Part shown: positions 8,924-18,643 of the stretch, piece after piece
How the letters are laid out: the number at the start of each line of letters is the position of its first letter
Position numbering within the stretch: position 1 is the first letter of the stretch
NCBI GenBank assembly: GCA_043381765.1
Contig: JBHJMP010000834.1
Location: 62,001-85,502 of the forward strand
Direction of reading: 5' to 3'
DNA length: 23,502 bases
Source of the DNA: Collodictyon triciliatum
Taxonomy: Eukaryota
Position numbers and translations under genes: made by a program
The notes under the pieces: generated by a model
Told to the model about the DNA's origin: nothing
The model's input: only the letters and a program-made list of their open reading frames with translations
Database searches by the model: none

Positions 8924-8997
8924 AGCCAGATGTCAGACTTGAACTGACAACCTGAGGATTACAAATCAACTGCTCTACCAATTAAAGCTAATCTGGC
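8924..8997 (-). tRNA. trnT: tRNA-Thr(UGU), with two mismatches in the anticodon stem
   Basis: GCCAGAT...ATCTGGC-T; anticodon arm GTTGA-TTTGTAA-TCCTC. Confidence 0.88.
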
Positions 8998-8999
8998 AT

Positions 9000-9073
9000 T
9001 TGTGGAGATAGGATTTGAACCTATGACCTTCAGATTATGAGCCTGATGAGCTACCAACCTGCTCTACCCCACA
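9000..9073 (-). tRNA. trnfM: Initiator tRNA-fMet(CAU)
   Basis: TGTGGGGTAGAGCAGGTTGGTAGCTCATCAGGCTCATAATCTGAAGGTC...GGTTCAAATCC closely follows the bacterial fMet pattern. Confidence 0.92.
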
Positions 9074-9675
9074 ATGAAATAGTATTAAAAGGAGATGCCT
9101 GGACTGTATTCTACCTTCCTGTTAAGTACGCGTTTTCCACCAACAGAACTGAAGGGTTGACGACGAGCGAGGGTCTGATGAGCTATTTTTCGTTACGGAG
9201 CGGAAGGAATAGTCGTTTGGAACAGCGACGTCCTATTGCGCTTGCGGCGTCGTCATTGCTTCGCTCCCTTTCTGCGCAAGACGGTCACTATGAAGCGTTT
9301 CATTACTTTAAATAAGCTTTTGTACGTCTTCGCTGCGGTCGATACGACCTTGACCCTTGGACCTTGACCATCTCGATAGGCCATCCAGGCTTAAATAGGC
9401 CACCAAGCGAAGAATGACGACCTTTGACCCGTCCACATGTCGAGGCCCCTGACTGGGTAAATAGGCACCCTAATTATATACTCAACAATAAGGGGGTAGG
9501 CCCGGGGGCGCCGGGCCAATTCCGTTCACTATGAAAGAAGGGGATTGGGCCAGTCGTTGACGCGGGAAAAAAACACAGTGACCGCATCCTTACGGGCAGC
9601 AGCCAGTTCATAGTGGAAAGCAGCGAACAGGTTTTTCGCGTCGTCGTAAGGGTGGCCCCCTTCACACGCGGGAGC

Positions 9676-9714
9676 GAAGCGAGAAGGGGGGAGGGGCGCA
9701 GAGCGAAGCGACCT
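9676..9714 (+). repeat. 39-bp dispersed direct repeat, copy 1
   Basis: GAAGCGAGAAGGGGGGAGGGGCGCAGAGCGAAGCGACCT, identical to 21159-21197. Confidence 0.95.
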
Positions 9715-9874
9715 TGCTCTTTGGCCGAACGCTTGCTCACGGCCCACACGCTCCGCTGGAACGCTCCAGCCAGGCTCCTGCTGCCCATCACGGGATGTAA
9801 ACAGACGAAGGAGGGGGGAACGAATGTTGGGGCAACCGGAAAATCTTATTTTCCAGTTCCCCGCTTCCCTCTCT

Positions 9875-10159
9875 TTAGCCCCTTTTTCTAGTTGGAGCGA
9901 ATTCACCTAATTTATGTCCTACCATCTCTTCAGAAACTTTTACTTTAATAAAACTTTTTCCATTGTGTACTTCAAACACTTTGCCTACATAACTTGGCAA
10001 AATAACGGAATTTCTATTGGTTGTTCTTTGTATTAATCGGGAAGGGGGAACAATGTTTGTTCCCTGCTCTTCGCTTCCTGTTTGATGAGACTGAGCTGGT
10101 CGTTGCGACCGCATTAACTCAGGATCAATAAATGGTCCTTTCCAAATAGATCTAGTCAT
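9875..10159 (-). CDS. rps19: Ribosomal protein S19
   Basis: MTRSIWKGPFID...RNSVILPSYVGKVFEVHNGKSFIKVKVSEEMVGHKLGEFAPTRK. Confidence 0.98.
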   Translation of the reverse strand: MTRSIWKGPFIDPELMRSQRPAQSHQTGSEEQGTNIVPPSRLIQRTTNRNSVILPSYVGKVFEVHNGKSFIKVKVSEEMVGHKLGEFAPTRKRG

Positions 10160-10288
10160 GAGCTAGCGGACATTATTTTCTTCTGCATCGAAAACCAGAT
10201 CTACGTTTTAAAATTAATAATTTAGGTTGATAAGTTCGTTTCAAGTCGTTGGCATTTGAGGTCAGAATGACCGGCTTTCAAAAAATTA

Positions 10289-11023
10289 ATGAATACTAAT
10301 CATATTTTATACACTACGAGATCTTATCCCATTTGGACTTTAGGTGCTTATTTTTTAATTTTACTTATTTCAGGAGGTTATTTATTAACAACTTATATTG
10401 AATCTGATTTTCAACAAGATGACTTTTTTAAAATTATTTATTGTCATGTTCCCTGTGCTTGGTTAGCTTTACAGCTATTTGTTGTGATGTTGGGGTTAGC
10501 TATTACTTATTTGGTGAAAAAGAATCCTATTTATTTTATTTTTATTAAAACGATTACTGGTTTAGGAACGGTATTCTCGACCCTAACTTTAATATCAGGT
10601 TCTCTTTGGGCCAAACCTATTTGGGGCTCTTATTGGGTTTGGGATGGACGGTTGTCCGCAATGTTTTTATTGAGTATTATTTATATTGCAATATTACTCA
10701 GTCAATCAGAAAAAATCCGGCTAAGGCTTATTTTTTTAGGTTCAATTAATCTTCCAATAATAAAATATTCAGTTGATTGGTGGAATAGTTTACATCAACC
10801 CTCAACTTTTAAACATTTTACTATTGCCCAGGAGATGTTTTCTTCAGTGATATTGATTTATCTGAGTTTTTTGGCTTTAACCTTTTTAATAACATTAATT
10901 GAATTTAGAATTGCAATATTAAACTTGAAAGCCGGTCGCTACGACAAGCAGAAATGCGCTTCGCTTGTTACAAGCACCAACTTTGTTTCCTCTGTTCGTT
11001 CAAAAGAGGGGGTGGAGCGATAA
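10289..11023 (+). CDS. ccmC: Cytochrome c maturation (System I) heme chaperone-loading membrane protein CcmC
   Basis: KIIYCHVPCAW, tryptophan-rich WWD motif GSLWAKPIWGSYWVWDGRL, and INLPIIKYSVDWWNSLHQ. Confidence 0.98.
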   Translation: MNTNHILYTTRSYPIWTLGAYFLILLISGGYLLTTYIESDFQQDDFFKIIYCHVPCAWLALQLFVVMLGLAITYLVKKNPIYFIFIKTITGLGTVFSTLTLISGSLWAKPIWGSYWVWDGRLSAMFLLSIIYIAILLSQSEKIRLRLIFLGSINLPIIKYSVDWWNSLHQPSTFKHFTIAQEMFSSVILIYLSFLALTFLITLIEFRIAILNLKAGRYDKQKCASLVTSTNFVSSVRSKEGVER

Positions 11024-11759
11024 AAAGTCGCTCAAGTCGTGATGCTACATTCATAGAGGTGAGGACCGGTTTAACGACCGCAAGGCAGGGAGAAAATAAG
11101 CTCCATCATGACAAGCTCCCCTTGCTCTACGAGCGAATGAAGGCGAGCGAAGCAGGAATAGTTTACATCCCGTGACCCAGATGTTACGGGTCCGGCTAAC
11201 ACAGGCGAGCGAAGCGACTTTGTTTCAAGCGAAGCGGTTATGCTCTTCGTTACGGGGGAAAGATGAGACGCCAAGCGAAGCGGTTATAAGCTTATTCTTT
11301 AGACTGGGTGGTGTAAAGAGGAGTGACGGGGTGCGAAGTGATCCTGCATATATATTTATCAAACTAAACTACCCACCCTTCCCTTCGCACCCTTAAGTGA
11401 ACCCGATTCTGAGGTCCCCGAAGGTCGCTTGGTATGAAAAGGTTGCTTGGTATGAAGGAGGGAAAAGCCGTTGGACCGTCGAAGCAAGTTTATCTACGAA
11501 CGGAGTAACCTTCGTGTGCGGGACAGCTTATCTATTGCTTATAACTATTGGATCGAAGCCAGTCGCTACGAAAGCCCCAGTAGAGCGCCGCCGTCTCTTG
11601 AGCGAAGCCGTCTCTTCTTTCCTTTGGCCTATAAGGTTGGACGGGAATGTATTCTTGCTCACCCTTTTCGCTTAGCCGCCCGTTACGACCTCGACCCCAG
11701 CAGCTACGGCCTTCCCTTAACGTTCGTAGTTACCACTTTCATACCCCGGCCTTAAAGGT

Positions 11760-11825
11760 CCGTCCCTGCTGTCATGTGTTTGAAGCTTAAATGACCGTCC
11801 CTGCTGTCATGTGTTTGAAGCTTAA
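11760..11825 (+). repeat. 31-bp direct duplication (period 35) covering the 5' leader and first 15 nt of trnR
   Basis: CCGTCCCTGCTGTCATGTGTTTGAAGCTTAA at 11760-11790 and 11795-11825. Confidence 0.95.
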
Positions 11826-11884
11826 TTGGATTGAGCGTCAGATTGCGAATCTGAAGGTAGAAAGTTCAAATCTTTCCAAACACG
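11811..11884 (+). tRNA. trnR: tRNA-Arg(GCG)
   Basis: GTGTTTG/CAAACAC-G acceptor; TCAGA-TTGCGAA-TCTGA anticodon arm; GAAAG-TTCAAAT-CTTTC T-arm; A at position 8. Confidence 0.92.
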
Positions 11885-12576
11885 AAAACGGAGCGGAGCG
11901 CCCTCGAAAGAACCTTCCCATGTAGAGCGAAGCGACACTTATCGTTGGAAGCTGCTATAACAACGAGCTTAATGAGACCACCGGTTGACCCCTAACGACA
12001 GGAAGAGTGCATAATGCAAGGTCGAACCCCCGTCATTGTGGAAACGAGCTCTGGAGTGCTTATCTACTATGACCTTGTTCTTTCGCCCGAGTTGAGGAAC
12101 AAGGTCAGGGACTGCGTGTTCATATCGTCTAACAAGCAAGGGCGGGAAATGAACCTCTTGCCACTTACCTTTTCCCTCTATATTCTTGCTCTCCTCCCCC
12201 GGCAAGGGCGAAATGACAGCATCGCAAGGGTGTTGTTCAAGGCTGGATTGTGCGGGACCGCTTATCTACTGCTTATAACAGTGCCTATGAACCGGAGTGT
12301 GTGTGGTGGTGCATTATGCTGTTCACTATGAACCAGACGAAGGAAGGGAAAATAAGATTGCCAACTGTCGTTTGGAGCTTTGCTCCTGCCTGGCCCCCTT
12401 ATGACACACAACAAAAAGAACAGAAAACGGACCGTACCCACTTTCCCGTTTCGACCTTGAATGGCCTTTTTCGGACGAAGGGGAAATGTGGGTCGTTACG
12501 ACCCGTACCATTTCCCCCTTCATTAGTATTGCGGCTCCCCCTTTGCGGTCGTAACGACATGAACGCTACCCCTTTA

Positions 12577-12765
12577 TTATGTTAAAAGCGGGAGAGGATG
12601 GAGCGAAGCAGCATAGTGATGCCGTCTTTTTATAAGCAAACACCCGCGTCGTTTTGACCTAGATATACCAGCTTCACCTCGTTCGTAATGGGGGTTCACC
12701 AGCCATCTTAATTTTCGTTTTAAGGCTCTTCTTCTAAAGCTAACTTTTTTTTTAGGTACACTCAT
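12577..12765 (-). CDS. rpl32: Ribosomal protein L32
   Basis: MSVPKKKVSFRRRALKR matches the bL32 start MAVPK.K.S..R...RR; C-terminal KRRHH-like block. Confidence 0.85.
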   Translation of the reverse strand: MSVPKKKVSFRRRALKRKLRWLVNPHYERGEAGISRSKRRGCLLIKRRHHYAASLHPLPLLT

Positions 12766-12853
12766 TTTATTTTTTTTTTATTTACTGGACGGGGGTAAAC
12801 CTCGCCCCCAAGGAAAAGGGTCATCGTGAACCTATGTTGGGGGCCGGAGGTGG

Positions 12854-13990
12854 TTAGCGATCAATTTCGCCGAAAACAATATCTTGGGTACCGATTATAG
12901 TAACTACATCAGCAATCATATGCCCTTTTGTCATAAAATTTAAGCCTTGTAAATGAGCAAATCCTGGAGTTCTTATTTTGCATCGATATGGTTTATTAGA
13001 ACCATCTGAAACAAGGAATACTCCAAATTCTCCTTTAGGAGCTTCAATTGCTGTATAAGTTTCGCCTCTACCTATAACGCTTATCCCTTCTGTAAAATGT
13101 TTAAAATGATGGATTAAAGCTTCCATATTAGATTTCATTTCTTGTCTACTTGGAGGAACAATTTTATAATCATCAACTTTAACCGGTCCTTCAACCATTT
13201 GATTTAAAACTTGTTGAATAATTTTAACACTTTGTCTCATTTCGAATACTCTTATTAAATATCGGTCATAGCAATCTCCGTTTTTACCTACAGCAATATC
13301 GAAATCTAATTTATCATAAACTTCATAAGGTTCATTTTTTCGTAAATCCCAAGGAATACCAGAACCTCTTAGCATTACACCGGTAAAACCCCAATTAAGA
13401 GCATCAGCAGCAGATACTATTCCAATATCAACTAATCTTTGTTTCCAAATTCTATTAGTTGTTAATAAGTCTTCGATTTCATCCAGAGTTGAAGAGTGAC
13501 TACTATTGGCGAAGCCTCCTATAAACGCATATATATCATCTAATAATCCAATAGGTAAATCTTGAGCAACACCACCTGGTCTAATATAAGCAGCGTGAAA
13601 TCGAGCCCCTGAAACTCGCTCATAGAATTCCATTAATTTTTCTCGTTCTTCAAATGCCCATAATAATGGAGTCATAGCACCAACATCTAGAGCATGACAA
13701 GTAACTGCTAATAAATGATTTAATATTCGAGTTATTTCATCAAATAATACTCTAATATATTTAGCTCTTAATGGTACTTCACAATTTAATAATTTTTCCA
13801 CAGCTAAAGAATAACAATGTTCTTGAGCCATCATTGATACATAATCTAATCTATCAAAATAAGGTAAAGCTTGAATATAATTTTTAGTTTCAATTAATTT
13901 TTCTGTTCCTCGATGTAATAAACCAATATGAGGATCAGCTCTAATAACAACTTCTCCGTTTAATTCTAATATTAATCGTAATACGCCATG
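12854..13990 (-). CDS. nad7: NADH dehydrogenase subunit 7, exon 2
   Basis: Begins [10 protein letters not shown]...[13 protein letters not shown]...DRLDYVSMM and ends [12 protein letters not shown]. The ORF-track N-terminus (MSGLGRG...) is intron sequence. Confidence 0.98.
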   Translation of the reverse strand, partial: HGVLRLILELNGEVVIRADPHIGLLHRGTEKLIETKNYIQALPYFDRLDYVSMMAQEHCYSLAVEKLLNCEVPLRAKYIRVLFDEITRILNHLLAVTCHALDVGAMTPLLWAFEEREKLMEFYERVSGARFHAAYIRPGGVAQDLPIGLLDDIYAFIGGFANSSHSSTLDEIEDLLTTNRIWKQRLVDIGIVSAADALNWGFTGVMLRGSGIPWDLRKNEPYEVYDKLDFDIAVGKNGDCYDRYLIRVFEMRQSVKIIQQVLNQMVEGPVKVDDYKIVPPSRQEMKSNMEALIHHFKHFTEGISVIGRGETYTAIEAPKGEFGVFLVSDGSNKPYRCKIRTPGFAHLQGLNFMTKGHMIADVVTIIGTQDIVFGEIDR

Positions 13991-15684
13991 ATGAAGTGGG
14001 CTGTTGCTGCCCCTTCCCAAACCTGACAAGCTGGTTTCCCAGCATCAGGCTTTAAAACCGCTGCTTCGGCGAGCTGGCGGCCCGTTAAAATAACGCTTTG
14101 CAAGCAAAACGTATTGTAGTAATGAATCAAGGTGGCCTATCGTCAACAGAAAAAAGATGTTGTCCCTTTTCTCGCTTTGCTCTACGGGAACGACACGGGG
14201 GAAAGCGGGGAACTGGAAAATAAGATTTTCCGGTTGTCCCAACAGTCGTTAATACTTGCCGGTTGGCCCCCTATTAGGCAAAGCTAGTTCACGATGAACC
14301 TCTCTTTGCCTGGCGAGAGAAGCGAGGGCCTCTTTGCCCGGAAGGAACGCTTATCGATTGTTTGTTCTGCATCCAAGGTCGTAGAAGAGGTCACAGCGAC
14401 CGCGTGCATCAATGAGTTGACTCCCGGGTGGAAAGACCTATTCATTAAGGTCTATTTAATTCTTTTGTATTCATCTGGGGCTAAAGAGAGGGAAGCGGGG
14501 CCTTCTTTCACTATTATTACAAAGCAATGAATGAAGAACAGCCGTTCCCCCTCCCTTGAACGCGGCTACGCTCCGAGAATAAGGCACATAAACAACCGAG
14601 AAGCGAATACAACATTTCAATTTAATTTCCAAGCTTGTAACAATGAATGGCGGCAAGTACAAGGAATCTCGCCTGTCCTTCCCAAACAAATTTAGGTGGT
14701 TCCTCGAAACAATCTAGTGCAAGGTCATAACGCTTCGCTTGCCTCTTGCCCCCCAGCTTATAGGCCATCGGCCTGTTCCTTATAGGCGGTTACTGTATAA
14801 TGCTGCACTTATTATGGAACCGGGGGCTGAGATTTTTTGACTTCTAAGCTACTTTTGCTTATCACCTTTTTTGTTCTTAATTCAAAACAGGTTATTGTCC
14901 CTTTAGGTAGAGATCGTGAACAACTTCACTTGCGAACGGAATAAAGAAGCCGCTTCGCTCAAGTAGGGCAAGTGCCGCAGAGCGTCATGCCCGCCTGTCC
15001 TTGCTCTCCCTTCCCTTCGATCCCGTAACGACTGTTCTTTCTGTCCTTATGAAGCAGCTTACGACCGCGTGCCTTATGAAGCGCGACTGGGGTTCTAGGT
15101 CATTGTGACCGGAAGCAAAGGGAACGCGCTTCCGGCCGGAGGCAAGTCAGAGCTAAATACAAACAGGCTTTTCGCGTCGTCCCCCGTCCGCTTGAATGAC
15201 TGGAAACGAGCTCATGGGGCGCAAAGCCAGTGCCGGTCAACCACCACTATCAGAAAGCGGTCCAAGTGGGCTTTTGTACGCTCCGTCTTCGTTCCATTTC
15301 ACCGGCAGCTGCTCTTCACAACGATGTGGCTTTGTGGCTTTGCCTAAAACGACGTAGTCCCCAGAATATATAGGGGACCCGCCGGCGGGCGGGCGGCTGA
15401 GCGAAGCGGGAGCATCACAGAGGCGAAAGGAGTGAGAGCGACAACGTTGACAACAAAGCGACTTTACCAGTGCAAGGGAACGACTGTTGCAATCTTATTT
15501 TCCAGTTCCCTTTCATCTGCCACCCTTTTACAACTGTCCTTTATGTAGAAAAGTTGAGCGAAGCGACTTTACCCCGACCTGGGCGTACGCATACCCCAAC
15601 AACTGCGACATTCGTTCTTCTTCGCCTTATCTCAGGTTAGTTTTGAATAATATAAGCTCATTTGGAAATTAAAAATGATCACAC
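13991..15684 (-). mobile_element. Group IIA intron in nad7, 1694 nt, no intact ORF
   Basis: 5' end GTGTG. Domain V AAGCCTGATGCTGGGAAACCAGCTTGTCAGGTTT (14052-14019). Domain VI GAAGGGGC..GCCC-A-CTTC with bulged A (13997) 7 nt from the terminal AT. EBS1 TGCAGC (14807-14802) in an ATAAT/ATTAT hairpin is complementary to the exon end GCTGCA. Splicing restores NFGPQHPAA|HGVLRL. Confidence 0.96.
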
Positions 15685-15771
15685 TGCAGCTGGATGTTGT
15701 GGTCCAAAATTAATAGTAAAATTTTTAACTTCTAAAAGGGGGAGTGAACTTGTGTACAATGGTTCTTTCAT
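15685..15771 (-). CDS. nad7: NADH dehydrogenase subunit 7, exon 1 (29 codons)
   Basis: MKEPLYTSSLPLLEVKNFTINFGPQHPAA, the conserved Nad7/NuoD N-terminal motif. Confidence 0.96.
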
Positions 15772-15788
15772 TAATTTCTTTTTCTTTT

Positions 15789-16148
15789 TTATACTCGTCG
15801 TCGTTTAGATGGTCTACAACCATTATGTGGGATTGGTGTTATATCATGAATAAGAGTAATTATTAAACCTTTATTTTGTAGAGAGCGTATAGCTACTTCT
15901 CGGCCATTTCCAAATCCTTGAACTTTGATTTGAACTCGATCTATTGATCTATTTACAGCGGCAGCAGCAATTTTTTCTGCTGCTAATTGCGCACCATAAG
16001 TTGTAGATCTTTTATTTTTTGTGGATGACACCATTCCAGCAGAACACCAAATTAAAGTATCACCTTTTTTATTTGTTAAGGTTATTATTGTATTATTATA
16101 TGTTGATTTAATATAAACATAATGTTCAGTAAAAAAATCCGAAATCAT
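15789..16148 (-). CDS. rps11: Ribosomal protein S11
   Basis: YIKSTYNNTIITLTNKKGDTLIWCSAG...RSTTYGAQLAA...GFGNGRE...DITPIPHNGCRPSKRRRV. Confidence 0.98.
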   Translation of the reverse strand: MISDFFTEHYVYIKSTYNNTIITLTNKKGDTLIWCSAGMVSSTKNKRSTTYGAQLAAEKIAAAAVNRSIDRVQIKVQGFGNGREVAIRSLQNKGLIITLIHDITPIPHNGCRPSKRRRV

Positions 16149-16504
16149 ATTGTTATTCGTTTACAAGTTTTAGCATTACTATGAGTTCTTTGACCATGTA
16201 CTGGTAATTTTTTAATGTGTCTTAAACCTCTATAACATTTAATCTTTTTCAACCTTTCGATATTGGCCCTCACCGTTTGTTTTAATTCTGGACCTATTAT
16301 CCAAGTGGGGTGTGTTTCAAGATATTTTGATATTTTTGCTATTATTTCTTGGACTGTTTTAGGATCTTTTGTTTTTAATCTTAACGTCGGATCTAAGCCT
16401 AAATCTGAGCAAATTTTTTGACTTCTTGTTACTCCGATACCATATATTTTAGTTAAAGCTATATACAGCGGGTTTGTTAAACCCTCTCGACCTAAAATAT
16501 TCAT
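16145..16504 (-). CDS. rps13: Ribosomal protein S13
   Basis: IALTKIYGIG...IERLKKIKCYRGLRHIKKLPVHGQRTHSNAKT; ATGA overlap with rps11. Confidence 0.98.
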   Translation of the reverse strand: MNILGREGLTNPLYIALTKIYGIGVTRSQKICSDLGLDPTLRLKTKDPKTVQEIIAKISKYLETHPTWIIGPELKQTVRANIERLKKIKCYRGLRHIKKLPVHGQRTHSNAKTCKRITI

Positions 16505-16507
16505 TGT

Positions 16508-17083
16508 TTACTTCTTCTTATTTTTATTGGACGATCCAAGCGCTATCTCGCCCCCTTCCATTAAATATCTAATACCTTGACCTTTATAACGATCAATTGG
16601 TTTTAATTTTTTAAGTTCTGCAGCCACTTTTGTAACTTCTATTAAATTTATTCCAAAAATATTTAAAACTACTGAAGGTTGGCCTATCGTTGCAGCACTT
16701 TCCATACCAATTGTTATTTCAATATTCGCTGGAATTGGGTACTCGACCCCATGACTATATCCTAATTTAAATAATAAAGTTCGATTCTGTTTACTTACTT
16801 TATAAAAAATACCTACAATTTTTAATATAACTAAATGACCTATTGTTACTCCTTGAATCATTTGATTTAATAAACTAATAAAGGGGACACGCCGTCCCTG
16901 ATCGGGTTTTGGGATCTGTAATCTTAATTCTCCTAATGGTCCTTTTACTCGGAGTCCATTATCTTTATCCAATGTGGTCATTATGACCTTGTTACGACTT
17001 TGGCTCATTTCGTTATTTTTGTGCGGGACTCGCTTTACTCTACGGGAGTCTGTTGTCCGAAACGTGTCGAGCGAAGTACTCAT
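16508..17083 (-). CDS. rpl6: Ribosomal protein L6, divergent N-terminus (start uncertain)
   Basis: VKGPLGEL, SLLNQMIQGVTIG, LKIVGIFYK, KLGYSH and KPIDRYKGQGIRY motifs; precedes rps13-rps11. Confidence 0.93.
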   Translation of the reverse strand: MSTSLDTFRTTDSRRVKRVPHKNNEMSQSRNKVIMTTLDKDNGLRVKGPLGELRLQIPKPDQGRRVPFISLLNQMIQGVTIGHLVILKIVGIFYKVSKQNRTLLFKLGYSHGVEYPIPANIEITIGMESAATIGQPSVVLNIFGINLIEVTKVAAELKKLKPIDRYKGQGIRYLMEGGEIALGSSNKNKKK

Positions 17084-17608
17084 TTCCCTCTCTTCTTTCA
17101 CGAAGCGTAAGGCAAGTGGCGGTCCGCTTTTCGCTCGTCTTCAAGCTGCTAACGACAGCATGAACAAGTGTGAACGCGGGTGCTTTAGCACCAGTAATCC
17201 ACCCATTCGTTCCCCTTAGACCCAGCCTACCTTTTATACTCCAAATCTGAGACCCTGTTCGCGGCGAACGTGAATAAAAAAGGTCGCAGTTGTTGGAAGC
17301 GATGGCCGGTTCATAGTGAACACGGTCTCGTGGGACGTTCTTTTGTGGTTACCCGCTTCGCTCAGGGAGGGAATACAGCAAGGACGACCAAAGCGTGCCA
17401 GGACCAAAGGACAAGTCAAGTATTCCTTCCGAACGATAAGTTCGTCTTTGCTTTCCGCCTTTTCCCCCTGCTACAGTATTATTGGTGTCCACTTTTCGCT
17501 CGACTTGGACAATTACTTTAACAATGAGTGGAAGCAAAGGGGATGAGAACTATTGACGGCCGAAGAGGACCCAGTTAGCTCTGACAGCTTGACCGTTCGC
17601 GTCGTCTT

Positions 17609-17680
17609 TGAGTGTACTGGGACTTGAACCCAGGACCTTCAACTTAAAAGGTTGTTGCTCTACCACTGAGCTATACACTC
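17609..17680 (-). tRNA. trnK: tRNA-Lys(UUU)
   Basis: GAGTGTA...TACACTC-A; anticodon loop CTTTTAA; GGTTCAAGTCC. Confidence 0.95.
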
Positions 17681-18199
17681 TCTTTCGGGCTGCGGCTGGT
17701 TGAGCGAAGCGTGTGGAAGCAAAGGTCCTTGTTATGTCCTCAATGACCCTCTATTCGCCCCCCCGCGATTGCTTAGATCGACAGGAGCACTTCGACTGCC
17801 TAAAAAGGAGCATACTAATTGACAACTGGTCAACAGCTTGACGAAGGATTATCTATATACCCGAGCGAGGCTACCGTCCGACTTCATTTCATTCGCCTCT
17901 GTCACTCCTTTTCCCTCTCCTCTCCTTGCTCTTTGTCCGGTCCTTGATCCCTAGGCACATCTATGCCGACACGGGTGGGCAGTTTGCTCAAGGTCATAGT
18001 AGATATGCACACCCGTCAACCCCCCGAGCGAAGCTGATTGTGGCTGGTTCGCTCGCCCCTACCCCCTGTGTAAGCCCCAAGAGGAGAGACAGGGCTGCTG
18101 CTGCCCGGGAGTAGGGAAACAACTCATGACCTTGAAGGCGGGGGGGGGCCGCCGCTGGATCCGGCTTCGCCCCCTTTTGGTCAAAAGCGCTCATTTGTT

Positions 18200-18643
18200 T
18201 CACCTATAACGTCGAAGCCACTCCCATTTATTTCCATTATCTAATAATTTTTCTTTGCTATATAATAATTCTTCTCTTGTTTGAGTAGAATATTCAAAAT
18301 TAGGACCTTCTACAATAGCATCTACAGGACAAGCTTCTTGGCAAAATCCACAATAAATGCATTTAGTCATATCAATATCATATTTTACTGTTCTACGACT
18401 ACCATCTTCTCTAATTAATGTTTCAATTGTTATTGCTTGAGCAGGACAAATTGCCTCACATAATTTACAAGCAATACAACGTTCTTCCCCATTATCGTAT
18501 CTTCTTAAAGCGTGTTCTCCTCGAAATCTTGGACTTAAAGGTCCTTTTTCAAAAGGATAATTTAAAGTAACACTTGGCCGAAAGACCACTATTAAAGTTT
18601 TATATAATCCTCCTACTATTTCGGTTAATAATAAACTATTCAT
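18200..18643 (-). CDS. nad8: NADH dehydrogenase subunit 8 (TYKY / NuoI)
   Basis: [16 protein letters not shown]; two 4Fe-4S motifs [12 protein letters not shown] and [12 protein letters not shown]. Confidence 0.99.
   Translation of the reverse strand: MNSLLLTEIVGGLYKTLIVVFRPSVTLNYPFEKGPLSPRFRGEHALRRYDNGEERCIACKLCEAICPAQAITIETLIREDGSRRTVKYDIDMTKCIYCGFCQEACPVDAIVEGPNFEYSTQTREELLYSKEKLLDNGNKWEWLRRYR

Noticed and set aside
13991-14029. ORF-track N-terminus of nad7 ([13 protein letters not shown])
   Set aside because: It is intron domain V/VI sequence; the true N-terminus is exon 1 at 15685-15771.
17349-17537. Short ORF with KVIVQVERKV resembling ribosomal protein S17
   Set aside because: Similarity is limited to a few residues; the HP.Y.K and C-terminal S17 motifs are missing and the position does not fit.
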